Shown: positions 1 through 9,274, numbered from the stretch's first letter. The stretch is DNA of 44,786 nt from a virus (IMGVR_UViG_3300013829_000018:1-44786), one strand, 5' to 3'. A program made the numbers and translations. Notes: generated by a model from the sequence alone, not told the origin.

Positions 1-608
<608 letters not shown>

Positions 609-656
609 GAGATTGTCACCTAATGATTTGCATACTATGAGCCATGCGAGGTGGAT

Positions 657-1103
657 ATGGCAAAGCGGAAAACAGGGTTGAGTGAAGTTCAATATGAATT
701 TGTTAGTTCCACGCTTGGGGATGCATGTCGTGTGGTATATGATATAACTATTGATATTATAGTTTATTATGGTCCAGAAAGTTTCCTGGCGAAAATATCA
801 AGAAAAGTTTTTTGGTCATTGCTAGATGTTCTTCGGAATATCCCTGTTTTTACTGATTACGGTGATTCAAATGTAGATACTGATAATGTATTAAGATATC
901 ATGCTGTAAGGCGTAGGGTTGTCTTTGATTATAATAAGCATTGTGATGTTGGTATGAGCTTAAATGTTTTGTTTGGAAAAATGTGTGTTGTTGAGAGGTG
1001 TCTTGGTTTTGCATATGCAAAAAGTAATGTTATCAATAAAAAGTTTAACTTGTACATTAAGAATTTTGTGCGACTAACTAGTGCTTTGGGATTTCCGCTT
1101 TAA
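657..1103 (+). CDS. Hypothetical protein, low-GC orphan
   Basis: Open frame of about 150 codons in an AT-rich patch; GAGG precedes ATG 657 (alternative GTG start at 651); no recognisable motif. Confidence 0.45.
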   Translation: MAKRKTGLSEVQYEFVSSTLGDACRVVYDITIDIIVYYGPESFLAKISRKVFWSLLDVLRNIPVFTDYGDSNVDTDNVLRYHAVRRRVVFDYNKHCDVGMSLNVLFGKMCVVERCLGFAYAKSNVINKKFNLYIKNFVRLTSALGFPL

Positions 1104-1210
1104 AAGCGATTATCCAAGTGGATATAGTGTTGAATCGTCACCTTACTCTCTGTGAGTTAAGCGTAAGAATGAGTGGGTGAAGTGCATTGGCGAATCTTAG
1201 GAGTTTCTTG

Positions 1211-2308
1211 ATGTCTGCTATTGATGGAATGCACGACCGCGCCGCCGGAGCGCTGATGGGCGCGTGGGTAGGCGATGCGCTGGGCTTAGGCCCGCACTGG
1301 TACTATGATCTCGCCGAACTGCGGCGCGACTACGGCCCGTGGATCAGCGGGTACACCGACCCCAAACCGGGCCGCTACCACGACGGCATGAAGGCCGGGC
1401 AGTTGTCGCAGGCGGGGTTCATCCTGAAGCTGACGGTGCGTTCCTTGGTGGAGCGCGGCGACTACGACCAGGCCGATTTCTGCCGCCGCATGGACGAGGA
1501 ACTGTTTCCGCAGCTCAACGGCCAGCCGGTAAGCGGGCCGGGCAACTACACCAGCCAGTCCATTCGCGAGGCGTGGCGACGCAGGGTGGAGCAGGGGCTT
1601 CCATGGGGGCAGGCCGCTGGCCATGCAGACACCACCGAAGCCATCGAACGCACCCTGGCCATTGCCGTGCGCCATGCCGCCCAGCCCGCGCGGCTGGCCG
1701 CCGCCGTCAGCGCCAATGCGGCGCTCACCCAATCCGACGACGTGGTGCTGTCGCTTACCGTGGCGTATGGCGCGGTGCTGGCCTTGCTGGTGCAGGGGCA
1801 CCAGCTGGATGCCTCCATTTCCGGAACGTTGATGCAACAGGTTAAGGATGGCACGTTGCCGTTCCATGCCGTGACGCGCGACGGCCTGCAGGCCCCGCAC
1901 CCCGGCGACCCGGACCCGCCGCGCGCCGGGCGCTTTGCCTCGCCGGACGCGCTGCTCTCGCCCGGCTACATGGCGGCGGCTGCGGCAGACCCGGACATCC
2001 GCATTGAACCGGCGTGGAAGGTGTCGCTGGTGTACGGCATGCCCTGCGCCATCTACCACATGCTGCCGGCGGCCTACTATCTGGCGGCGCGCTTTCACGA
2101 CGACTTCGAGTCTGCCGTGCTGCACGCGGTGAACGGGGGCGGGCAGAACCAGGTGCGTGCCATTCTCACCGGGGCGCTGGTGGGCGCGCAGGTTGGCCTG
2201 TCCGGCATTCCGCCGCGGTTCATTGATGGCCTGGAGGAAGGCGCGGAACTGCGCACGCTGGCGGAACGGCTGGCCGCGCAGGCGACGGGCGGGCAAGCCC
2301 GTGCGTGA
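1211..2308 (+). CDS. ADP-ribosylglycohydrolase (DraG/ARH) family protein, atypical active site
   Basis: N-terminal DRAAGALMGAWVGDALG and C-terminal AVLHAVNGGG..RAILTGALVGA..G.SGIP.RFI match the ARH fold; GGAG SD before ATG 1211. Confidence 0.85.
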   Translation: MSAIDGMHDRAAGALMGAWVGDALGLGPHWYYDLAELRRDYGPWISGYTDPKPGRYHDGMKAGQLSQAGFILKLTVRSLVERGDYDQADFCRRMDEELFPQLNGQPVSGPGNYTSQSIREAWRRRVEQGLPWGQAAGHADTTEAIERTLAIAVRHAAQPARLAAAVSANAALTQSDDVVLSLTVAYGAVLALLVQGHQLDASISGTLMQQVKDGTLPFHAVTRDGLQAPHPGDPDPPRAGRFASPDALLSPGYMAAAAADPDIRIEPAWKVSLVYGMPCAIYHMLPAAYYLAARFHDDFESAVLHAVNGGGQNQVRAILTGALVGAQVGLSGIPPRFIDGLEEGAELRTLAERLAAQATGGQARA

Positions 2309-2312
2309 TGTA

Positions 2313-2349
2313 GGAGAGAGCGATAGCCTCCTAAGCTCTAGGCCACAGG
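2313..2349 (+). repeat. Degenerate internal copy of tRNA-Arg (D-arm 3' side, anticodon arm, start of T-stem)
   Basis: 35/37 identity to 2453-2489, offset exactly 140 bp. Confidence 0.85.
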
Positions 2350-2393
2350 GGCTCTCCACCCTTGCGGGAAGCCGTGTTCCACCGGCGTTGACC

Positions 2394-2423
2394 TTGACAA
2401 TGCGCCGCGCCATCGTCTAGAGA
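2394..2423 (+). promoter_or_regulatory. Probable sigma70 promoter of tRNA-Arg
   Basis: TTGACA at 2394-2399; weak -10 TAGAGA at 2418-2423, 12 nt before the tRNA. Confidence 0.45.
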
Positions 2424-2435
2424 CCATCGATTCCT

Positions 2436-2512
2436 GCGCCCGTAGCTCAGTCGGATAGAGCGATAGCCTCCTAAGCTGTAGGCCACAGGTTCGATTCCTG
2501 TCGGGCGCACCA
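2436..2512 (+). tRNA. tRNA-Arg (anticodon CCT, reads AGG)
   Basis: 77-nt cloverleaf: acceptor stem GCGCCCG/CGGGCGC, TAGCTCAG D-arm, anticodon loop CTCCTAA, GGTTCGATTCC T-loop, encoded CCA. Confidence 0.98.
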
Positions 2513-2517
2513 GAAAA
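2468..2517 (+). repeat. attL core (3' half of tRNA-Arg, from the anticodon loop)
   Basis: Identical to 40914-40963. Confidence 0.96.
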
Positions 2518-2520
2518 AAC

Positions 2521-2554
2521 AAGAGGATACGTTGCAACTGCAACGTGTCCTCTT
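2521..2554 (+). terminator. Hairpin terminator after the tRNA (phage-supplied copy)
   Basis: AAGAGGATACGTTGC-aact-GCAACGTGTCCTCTT followed by CGTGTTTT. Confidence 0.75.
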
Positions 2555-2578
2555 CGTGTTTTCAGCGCATTGCCCCTC

Positions 2579-2645
2579 CATGGTGCCCATATGGTGCCCA
2601 CTCTCCGGGAAACGCAGGGAATGGGGGAGGGGCTTGGGCACCATG
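2579..2645. promoter_or_regulatory. Integrase arm-type sites, left arm
   Basis: Tandem ATGGTGCCCA(T/C) inside a 32-bp block identical to 40785-40816; inverted copy TGGGCACCATG at 2635-2645. Confidence 0.75.
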
Positions 2646-2879
2646 CCGCTTTCGCGCTTCACACCCCCTGGACTGCATCTGTCGGTGCTGCCGTCGGTGC
2701 GGTCGCTTACGCTTTCCCCAAGCGTACCCAGTGCCCTGCGGCCAACGAGCCGACGGCAGCCACCGCTTGCCCGCGCGCCAGCGCGGGCTCCGGGGGGGCC
2801 GCTCCCCGCTCCCCCCTTCCCCCCTCTCCCAGAGGACAGGCCAGAAGCTCCCACGCCGACGCCCGGTCGGTGGCCTCGC

Positions 2880-2935
2880 ACGGGTCCTTCCCCCATGCCC
2901 AACGGCGTGAGGCTACTGGCGACCCCACGGTTTGG
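2880..2935 (+). other. Lambda-like cos site (cosQ plus cosN-like)
   Basis: ACGGGTCCTT (lambda cosQ is GGGTCCT), then after 29 nt GGCGACCCCACGGTTT (lambda: 27 nt, then GGCGACCTCGCGGGTTTT); the phage encodes a gpA-type terminase. Confidence 0.7.
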
Positions 2936-3038
2936 CCGCGATGCATGGAACAAAAACCGTGGAAAAATGGAAAGCCCCTCGCGTGCGCATACCTTGTGCA
3001 TACGTGCGTGATGATTCGTGTTACCGCTGGGGGCTGTC

Positions 3039-4700
3039 ATGGGTAGCGAGCTGGACGACATCCGCGCCCAGGTGACCGAACGGGTGGAGGAGGAGCGGGC
3101 GGCCATGCCCGACGACGCCCAGGGCAAACCGGCTGCCCCCCCCAAGTTGGGGCCCGACTACGTGATGAAGTGCCTGCGCGCGAACCGGGTAGGCGACGCG
3201 ATGATCTACAACGCGTTGCACCGGGGCAAGTACGTCTACGTCAAGCGATGGGGCCGCTTCCTGCGCTGGGCCGGGCACCACTGGGAAGAGGACATCATGG
3301 AGACGGCCACCGCACGCGCCGAGGCCGTGTGTGAAGTCTACTTGGCGCAGGCAGCCAAGCTCGGAAAGGACGCGGAGCAGCTGGTGGGCGACGACAAGGC
3401 GGGGCTGGAGCGCCAGCGCGAGGAACTGCTGAAGCGCGTCAGCCAGCTCCGCGCGCCGCACGGTCGTGACCAACTACTGCGCTGCACCCACACCATTGCC
3501 GATCCGCTGGCCATAACGGGCGACGAGCTGGACCAGCAGCCCTACCTGCTGGCGTGCCGCAACGGCGTGATCGACCTCCGCACCGGAGAGTTCCGCGACG
3601 GTCGCCCTGAAGACTACGTGATGAATGCCTGCCCCATCGACTGGCAGGGCCTTGACGCCAAGTGCCCTGAATTCGAGAAATTCATGTGGTCGTGCCACGA
3701 GAACCAGGACGTGGTGGACTTCCTGCAGCGCGCCTTGGGCTACGGCATCATGGGAGCGCGGGAGGATCACGTCTGGTTTGTCTTCTACGGGGCGCGGGGG
3801 CGGAACGGCAAAGACACTCTCTTCAAGGTACTGACGGCCATCCTCGGCAAGGACCTCGCGGGCCAGATCGAAACGGCCATGCTGCTGGCCACCAACCTGC
3901 CGCGCAACAGCGGGGGGCCGCAGCCCGACCTTCTGGCTCTGCGCGGGAAGCGCATTGCCTTCGCCACCGAGGCGGAAGATGGCCAGAAATTCGCCATGGC
4001 CAAAATCAAATGGCTGACCGGCGGCAGTGAACTAAGCGCGCGCGGCCTACAGGACAAGCTGTACTCCTGCTGGATGCAGACGCACCTGCTCTTCCTGCTG
4101 ACCAACGAGATCCCGCGTGCGAAGGCAGACGACGACGCCTTCTGGTCCCGCACCATCGCTGTACCGTGGAAGCTGCGTTTCGTGGACAACCCCGTCACGC
4201 CCGACGAACGCCCGCGCGACCCCAAGATGGAAGGAAAGCTCATGCGCGAGCTGCCCGGCATCCTGGCCTGGCTGGTGCGGGGCTGCCTGGAATACCAGCG
4301 GCAGGGCCTGAATCTGCCGGAGGAAATCCTTGCCTGCACCCGTGAGCGCCGGAACGAGTTCGACGACGTGGGCCGCTTTCTCACTGAGTGCTGCATCATC
4401 GAGGAAACCCCCGCCGGGGAAAAACCGCGTAATCGGATGTCAGCAGCCAACCTGTTGGATTACTTCAACTGGTGGTTGCACAAGAACGTGGACTCTACCT
4501 ACAGCTACAGCCCCAAACGGCTTGGCATAATCCTGGTCAAGAAGGGGTTCGAGAAGATCAAGTCCAGCGGCTTCCACTACCTGGGAATCTCCATGCAGCC
4601 GGAAGTAGTGGAAGAGTACGAGCAGGACGTCGAGGCGGGCAACCAAAAGGGCAACCAAAACACCCCCAAGGACGCCAAGAGGAGGAACCTCTTTGGGTGA
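3039..4700 (+). CDS. P4-family/D5-like primase-helicase (SF3 ATPase)
   Basis: D5_N-like LLACRNGVIDLRTGEFR, Walker A-like YGARGRNGKDT, IKWLTGG, DDDAFWSR..VPW. Confidence 0.9.
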   Translation: MGSELDDIRAQVTERVEEERAAMPDDAQGKPAAPPKLGPDYVMKCLRANRVGDAMIYNALHRGKYVYVKRWGRFLRWAGHHWEEDIMETATARAEAVCEVYLAQAAKLGKDAEQLVGDDKAGLERQREELLKRVSQLRAPHGRDQLLRCTHTIADPLAITGDELDQQPYLLACRNGVIDLRTGEFRDGRPEDYVMNACPIDWQGLDAKCPEFEKFMWSCHENQDVVDFLQRALGYGIMGAREDHVWFVFYGARGRNGKDTLFKVLTAILGKDLAGQIETAMLLATNLPRNSGGPQPDLLALRGKRIAFATEAEDGQKFAMAKIKWLTGGSELSARGLQDKLYSCWMQTHLLFLLTNEIPRAKADDDAFWSRTIAVPWKLRFVDNPVTPDERPRDPKMEGKLMRELPGILAWLVRGCLEYQRQGLNLPEEILACTRERRNEFDDVGRFLTECCIIEETPAGEKPRNRMSAANLLDYFNWWLHKNVDSTYSYSPKRLGIILVKKGFEKIKSSGFHYLGISMQPEVVEEYEQDVEAGNQKGNQNTPKDAKRRNLFG

Positions 4701-4714
4701 CGCTGTACGCAATC

Positions 4715-4957
4715 ATCCCGCACGCTCCCACGGTTTCCGCACAGTGAGAGCAAGTAACCATCCGAAAGGACAGGGTAAGACAGGTGCGTGGGATGTTGGG
4801 AGGATTGATAGCAGTTCTTTGCCACAGGCGCGCGCGTCATGCAGAGGTGCAGATTACCTACGTGCGTCGCTCCCATCATCCCACACTCTATTTATTCTTA
4901 ATGAAAAAGGATGGTTAAATAGAAAATGAAAATGGGAGGATTCGGGATGTTGGGAGG
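4715..4957. repeat. Putative phage replication origin (iterons plus AT-rich segment)
   Basis: GGGATGWTGGGAG at 4790 (+), 4870-4884 (-) and 4944 (+), a variant at 4715-4730 (-); AT-rich stretch 4887-4932; lies between the two replication genes. Confidence 0.6.
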
Positions 4958-4966
4958 TTCGCGGTC

Positions 4967-6430
4967 ATGAGCGCCCCCCTGCTGGACATGCTCCGCTCTC
5001 GTGGCCTGGAGCCGAAGCACGTGGCCAACACCCACGGCGGCGAATGGGCGTGCCCGTGCCCCAGCTGCGGCGGGCGCGACCGTTTCCGCATCTGGCCGGA
5101 ACAGCAGGGTGGCCCGGCCTGCGAGAAGGCCGGGGTGACCGGCACGTGGTTCTGCCGCCACGAACAGGTGGGCGGCGATGCGCTGGAATTCCTCACCCGC
5201 TTCGAGCGCCTGGGCTGGGCCGACGCCTGCAAGGCCCTGCGCATTGACTACACCTCCACCCCTGGCCGCCTGCCCCAGCTGCCCAAAGCCGACCGGCCCA
5301 TGGTCTTCACCCCGCGTGACTGGGCCATCCCCTCGGACAAGTGGCGCGAGCGCGCGGCCAAGGTGATGGACGACGCCCACGCCGCCTTGCTGGCCGCACC
5401 CAACGCCATGGCCTGGCTTGCCAGGCGCGGCCTGCCGGAAGAGGCCGTGCGCCGCTACCACCTGGGCCTGTTCCGGGGCGAAAACGGCAGAGGCGGCACG
5501 TTCCGCCCGCGCACGGTGTGGGACTTGCCGCCCAAGCCCGCCCGCCCGGCCAAGGACGGCCAGCCCGCCAAGCGCGAAAGCCACACCCTGTTCATCCCGC
5601 GTGGCATCGCCATCCCCTGTTACGGGCCATCCGGTCAGTCCGAACCGCCCATCCGGATCCGGATCCGCCGCCCCAACGCCGACGTGGAACAGTGGGGCGA
5701 CAAGTATATGCTGGTGGAAGGCAGCTGCGGCGGCGCCACCATGCTGCTGGACGGAGACCCGCGCGTTGGCGTGGTGGTGGAGACCGAGCTTGATGCGGAG
5801 ATGGTCCACCACATCGCCGGGGACATCGCAACGGTGGTGTCCGTGCTGACCAACTGCGGCAAGCCGGATGTCCGTGCCCACGAGGTCCTGCGGCGGTGCG
5901 CGGTGATCCTGTGCGCGCTGGATTTCGACAAGCCCGGCGCCAACGGCTGGGCGTGGTGGCGGCAGACCTACCAAGCCGCCAGGCGCTGGCCGACGCCCAA
6001 GGGCAAGGACGCTGGCGAGGCATTCGAGCTGGGCGTGGACATCCGCGCGTGGATCCTTGCCGGGCTGCCGCCTGCGTTGACCATGCCGCCCGTGCAGCGC
6101 GCCAGCCTGCCGTCCGTGTCTGCCGCGCTGGGAGCATCGCGGCTTGGTCAGGTGGCTGCCGGGGCGGGGGGTAGTGACGACGTGCTGCCGTGCCCGCCCG
6201 CGCTGCTGCCGGTGCTGGACTTGTGGCGGACCATGCCGGTGAGCCTGGCCGTGCAGGGCGACGGCAGCACCACCTGGACGTTCCCACCAGTGTGGGCAGC
6301 CCAGAACCGCGACGATTTGCATGCCTTCCTTTCCCTAGCCAACGCCACCCCCGAACTGTGGGCCATCATCGACCACCACCCCGACGCGGTGATCAACGCT
6401 CGCAACTTGCTCCGGAGGCCCCATGCCTAG
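4967..6430 (+). CDS. Zn-finger/TOPRIM-type DNA primase-like protein
   Basis: EWACPCPSCGGRDRF and WFCR zinc-binding region, AWLARRGL, VVVETELDA, ALDFDKPG, GKDAGE. Confidence 0.8.
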   Translation: MSAPLLDMLRSRGLEPKHVANTHGGEWACPCPSCGGRDRFRIWPEQQGGPACEKAGVTGTWFCRHEQVGGDALEFLTRFERLGWADACKALRIDYTSTPGRLPQLPKADRPMVFTPRDWAIPSDKWRERAAKVMDDAHAALLAAPNAMAWLARRGLPEEAVRRYHLGLFRGENGRGGTFRPRTVWDLPPKPARPAKDGQPAKRESHTLFIPRGIAIPCYGPSGQSEPPIRIRIRRPNADVEQWGDKYMLVEGSCGGATMLLDGDPRVGVVVETELDAEMVHHIAGDIATVVSVLTNCGKPDVRAHEVLRRCAVILCALDFDKPGANGWAWWRQTYQAARRWPTPKGKDAGEAFELGVDIRAWILAGLPPALTMPPVQRASLPSVSAALGASRLGQVAAGAGGSDDVLPCPPALLPVLDLWRTMPVSLAVQGDGSTTWTFPPVWAAQNRDDLHAFLSLANATPELWAIIDHHPDAVINARNLLRRPHA

Positions 6431-6677
6431 TGCCCTGTCTCTTGTGGAGTTTGCCGCCACCATGCTGGTGCTGTTCGGCGTCCGCCTTATCGGGCGGCTG
6501 GACATCCGGGGGCAACAGCTGATGCTGGCCGCCCAGGCGGCATGGGTTATCGCCTCCGTGGCGCGTGGGCAGTGGTGGCTGCTGGTGCAAAGCGTGGTGC
6601 TGTTCGTGCTGACGTGGCGCGCCATCCGGTATTGGCGGCTTGAGCTACGGCGGCGGGAGAGGGTGGGCCATGCCTAA
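6423..6677 (+). CDS. Small multi-TM membrane protein
   Basis: GGAGG SD; 84 aa with three hydrophobic segments; overlaps both neighbours. Confidence 0.7.
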   Translation: MPSALSLVEFAATMLVLFGVRLIGRLDIRGQQLMLAAQAAWVIASVARGQWWLLVQSVVLFVLTWRAIRYWRLELRRRERVGHA

Positions 6678-7254
6678 CCCCGCATCTCTCCCAGACCTCG
6701 CCGCCGTCCTGGCCCACCTCGTCGCTGAAGGCCGGAAGATCGGCAAGTCCAAGCTGTACAACGACGTGGGCCGGGGCCTGCTGCGCCGCCAGGAGGACGG
6801 CAGCTTTGCCCACAAGGACGTCAAGGCCTACGCCGCCCGGCTGCCCCTGGTGGCCATGCCGGAGAAAAAGGCCTCCGAGCTGCAGGGCTTCGCGGAGCGC
6901 AAGGCCAAGGCGGAAGCCGAAAAGCTGGAGGCCCAGGCCGAGGCCGAACGCTTCCGCAACCAGGTGCGCGCGGGCAAGTACGTACTCCGCAACGACGTGG
7001 AGGTAGAGCTTGCCGTCCGGGCCGGGGTGTTCGCCACCGGGCTGCGCACCATGTTCGAGACCTCGCTGCTGGACTTCATCCACTTGGTCAACGGAGATCC
7101 GCGGGCCGCTCAAACGCTGCTGGCGGCATACGAGCAGCGGCTAGACGCGGCGATCAACGAGTACGCGCGGCCCATGGAATACGAAGCGGAGCTGATCGAC
7201 GATGCAGACCACACCGAAGACGATACCGACGACGCTGCCGATGCAGGGGCTTGA
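6670..7254 (+). CDS. Probable terminase small subunit
   Basis: Directly upstream of and overlapping the large terminase; N-terminal HTH-like region, coiled coil AERKAKAEAEKLE..GKYV, acidic tail. Confidence 0.65.
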   Translation: MPNPASLPDLAAVLAHLVAEGRKIGKSKLYNDVGRGLLRRQEDGSFAHKDVKAYAARLPLVAMPEKKASELQGFAERKAKAEAEKLEAQAEAERFRNQVRAGKYVLRNDVEVELAVRAGVFATGLRTMFETSLLDFIHLVNGDPRAAQTLLAAYEQRLDAAINEYARPMEYEAELIDDADHTEDDTDDAADAGA

Positions 7255-9274
7255 TGCCCCATCCGTGCAGCGGGTGCCCATCCGGTTGCCCTCCGGCATG
7301 GCCCCGGCCATGCGGGCGCGGGTGGCCGCGCGGCTGGCCCTGACGGGCGGCAAGTGGCGGCTGACGTTCTCGCGCGGGGAACGGGCCGTGTTGCGCCGCC
7401 GTGCGCCCATGCCGGTCAGCAAGTGGGCGGAAAAACACCGCGTGCTTACCACGTCGTCCATCCCTGGCCGGTGGCACAACGAGATCACGCCGTACAGCAA
7501 GGGCATCATGGATGCATCGTTCTTCCCCGGCGTGGAGAAGATCATCATCGAAAAGTCGCCGCAGACGGGACTTTCGGAGGCCATCCACAACTGCATCGGC
7601 TACGCCATCGACCGCGCGCCCGCGCCGGTCATCTACGTCTACCCGGACGAGCTGACCGCGCGCGACAACGCCAAAGACCGCATCATTCCCATGCTGGAAA
7701 GCAGCCCCCGGTTGCGGTCGTACCTAATCGGGACAGCGGACTCCAAGTCGTCGCTCCGGGTGGACCTGGCGCACATGACCATCCACATGGCGTGGGCAGG
7801 TTCCGCGTCCCGAATGTCCAACAAGCCCGGTTGCTACATTGTTCTAGACGAATCTAACAAATACCCGCAGCACAAAAAAGAAACGACTGCCCAGAAGCAG
7901 GCAGAGTGGCGCGCTACCACCTACAAGGGCCGTCGCAAGATTTGGGAGATTTCCACCCCCACCGACGTCAATGGCGCTATCACCGTCGCCATGCGCAAGG
8001 AAGCGCAGGCCGTCTTCGACTACCACGTGGTCTGCCCGCACTGCGGGCGTGAGCAGCTGATGACCTTCGACGGCATCCGCTGGGCCAAAGGCGAACGGGA
8101 CGCGGAGAAGGTGCAGTCCCAGCGGCTGGCCTGGTACCAGTGCGAGAACGAGCATTGCGGAACCGTCTGGAGCGATGGCGACCGCGACCGCGCCGTGCGT
8201 CTGGGCCAGTGGCGGGAACGCACCACCGGGCTGGAGCTTTTCGCGCACCTGGGCACGTACAAGCCCGCCAAGATCGGATTCCACGTGCCCTCGTGGCTGT
8301 CCTACTTCGTCTCGCTTTCCGAGGTGGCCGCCGCCTTTCTGCGCTGGAATGCGGTGAAGGGCACGCCGGAAGCCCTGGAGCTGCTGAAGGATTTTTGCAA
8401 CCGCTTCAAGGGCGAGGCGTGGGTACACCACCGGGCAGAGCGCAAGGAAGACGGCATCCTCGCCCTGGCCGACGACCGCCCGCGCGGCGTGGTGCCCGGC
8501 CCGCTGCCGGAATCGCCCAAGGTGCCGCGCGTGGCCGCGCTGGTGGCGGGCATCGACACCCAGGGGGCGACAGAAGACAAGGCGTACTACCGCTATGTCA
8601 TCCGTGCCTTTGGCTGGGGAGAGGAGGAGGAAAGCTGGCTGGTGCAGTGCGGCACCGTTCCCACCTTGAAATCCCTGGGCGAGGTGCTGTGGCGAAGCGT
8701 GTACCGCGACAGCCAGGGCAACGAGTATCGCGTGCGCCTTGCCATGCAAGACGCCATGGGGCGGCTGACCAAGCAGGTGTATGCCTTTTGCGCGGCCAAC
8801 AAGGGGCGCATCCTGCCCACCCAGGGCAAGCGCAGCCAGGCCGCGCCCATCATCTACGCCCCGCAGGAATACTATCCCGGCACCACAAAGCGCATCCCCG
8901 GCGGCATCCGCCTTGCCAAGCTGGACACCACCTTTTTCAAGAACGACCTGTCGGCCAAGCTGGCCATCGCCCCGGAAGATCCCGGCGCATTCCACCTGCA
9001 CCACGGCACGCCCATGGAGTACGCACGCGAAATGGTGGCAGAGTACTACGACGAAGGCGAGCAGGCGTGGCTTTGCCCCAAGGGCGTGGATAACCACTAC
9101 TGGGACTGCGAGATGTTGGCCCTGGCCGGTGCCCATGCCCTGAACATCAGCAAGTGGGCGCGCCCTGATGAGGAAGCCGCCCAGCAGAAGCCGCCACCCC
9201 AGCAGGCGCGCCCCGCGCCGCCCCCAGCTCATCACCCCGCTGCACGCCCCAACTGGTTCGGAGGAGGCCGCTAA
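7241..9274 (+). CDS. Terminase large subunit, lambda GpA family
   Basis: VSKWAEKHR, TPY, KSPQTGLSE (Walker A), IVLDE (Walker B), ISTPT, CPHCG, AGIDTQ and NHYWDC nuclease motifs; start could be 7202. Confidence 0.95.
   Translation: MQGLDAPSVQRVPIRLPSGMAPAMRARVAARLALTGGKWRLTFSRGERAVLRRRAPMPVSKWAEKHRVLTTSSIPGRWHNEITPYSKGIMDASFFPGVEKIIIEKSPQTGLSEAIHNCIGYAIDRAPAPVIYVYPDELTARDNAKDRIIPMLESSPRLRSYLIGTADSKSSLRVDLAHMTIHMAWAGSASRMSNKPGCYIVLDESNKYPQHKKETTAQKQAEWRATTYKGRRKIWEISTPTDVNGAITVAMRKEAQAVFDYHVVCPHCGREQLMTFDGIRWAKGERDAEKVQSQRLAWYQCENEHCGTVWSDGDRDRAVRLGQWRERTTGLELFAHLGTYKPAKIGFHVPSWLSYFVSLSEVAAAFLRWNAVKGTPEALELLKDFCNRFKGEAWVHHRAERKEDGILALADDRPRGVVPGPLPESPKVPRVAALVAGIDTQGATEDKAYYRYVIRAFGWGEEEESWLVQCGTVPTLKSLGEVLWRSVYRDSQGNEYRVRLAMQDAMGRLTKQVYAFCAANKGRILPTQGKRSQAAPIIYAPQEYYPGTTKRIPGGIRLAKLDTTFFKNDLSAKLAIAPEDPGAFHLHHGTPMEYAREMVAEYYDEGEQAWLCPKGVDNHYWDCEMLALAGAHALNISKWARPDEEAAQQKPPPQQARPAPPPAHHPAARPNWFGGGR

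Noticed and set aside
2471-3145. Pro/Gly-rich ORFs between attL and the helicase
   Set aside because: Low-complexity products of C-rich non-coding DNA holding the arm sites and cos
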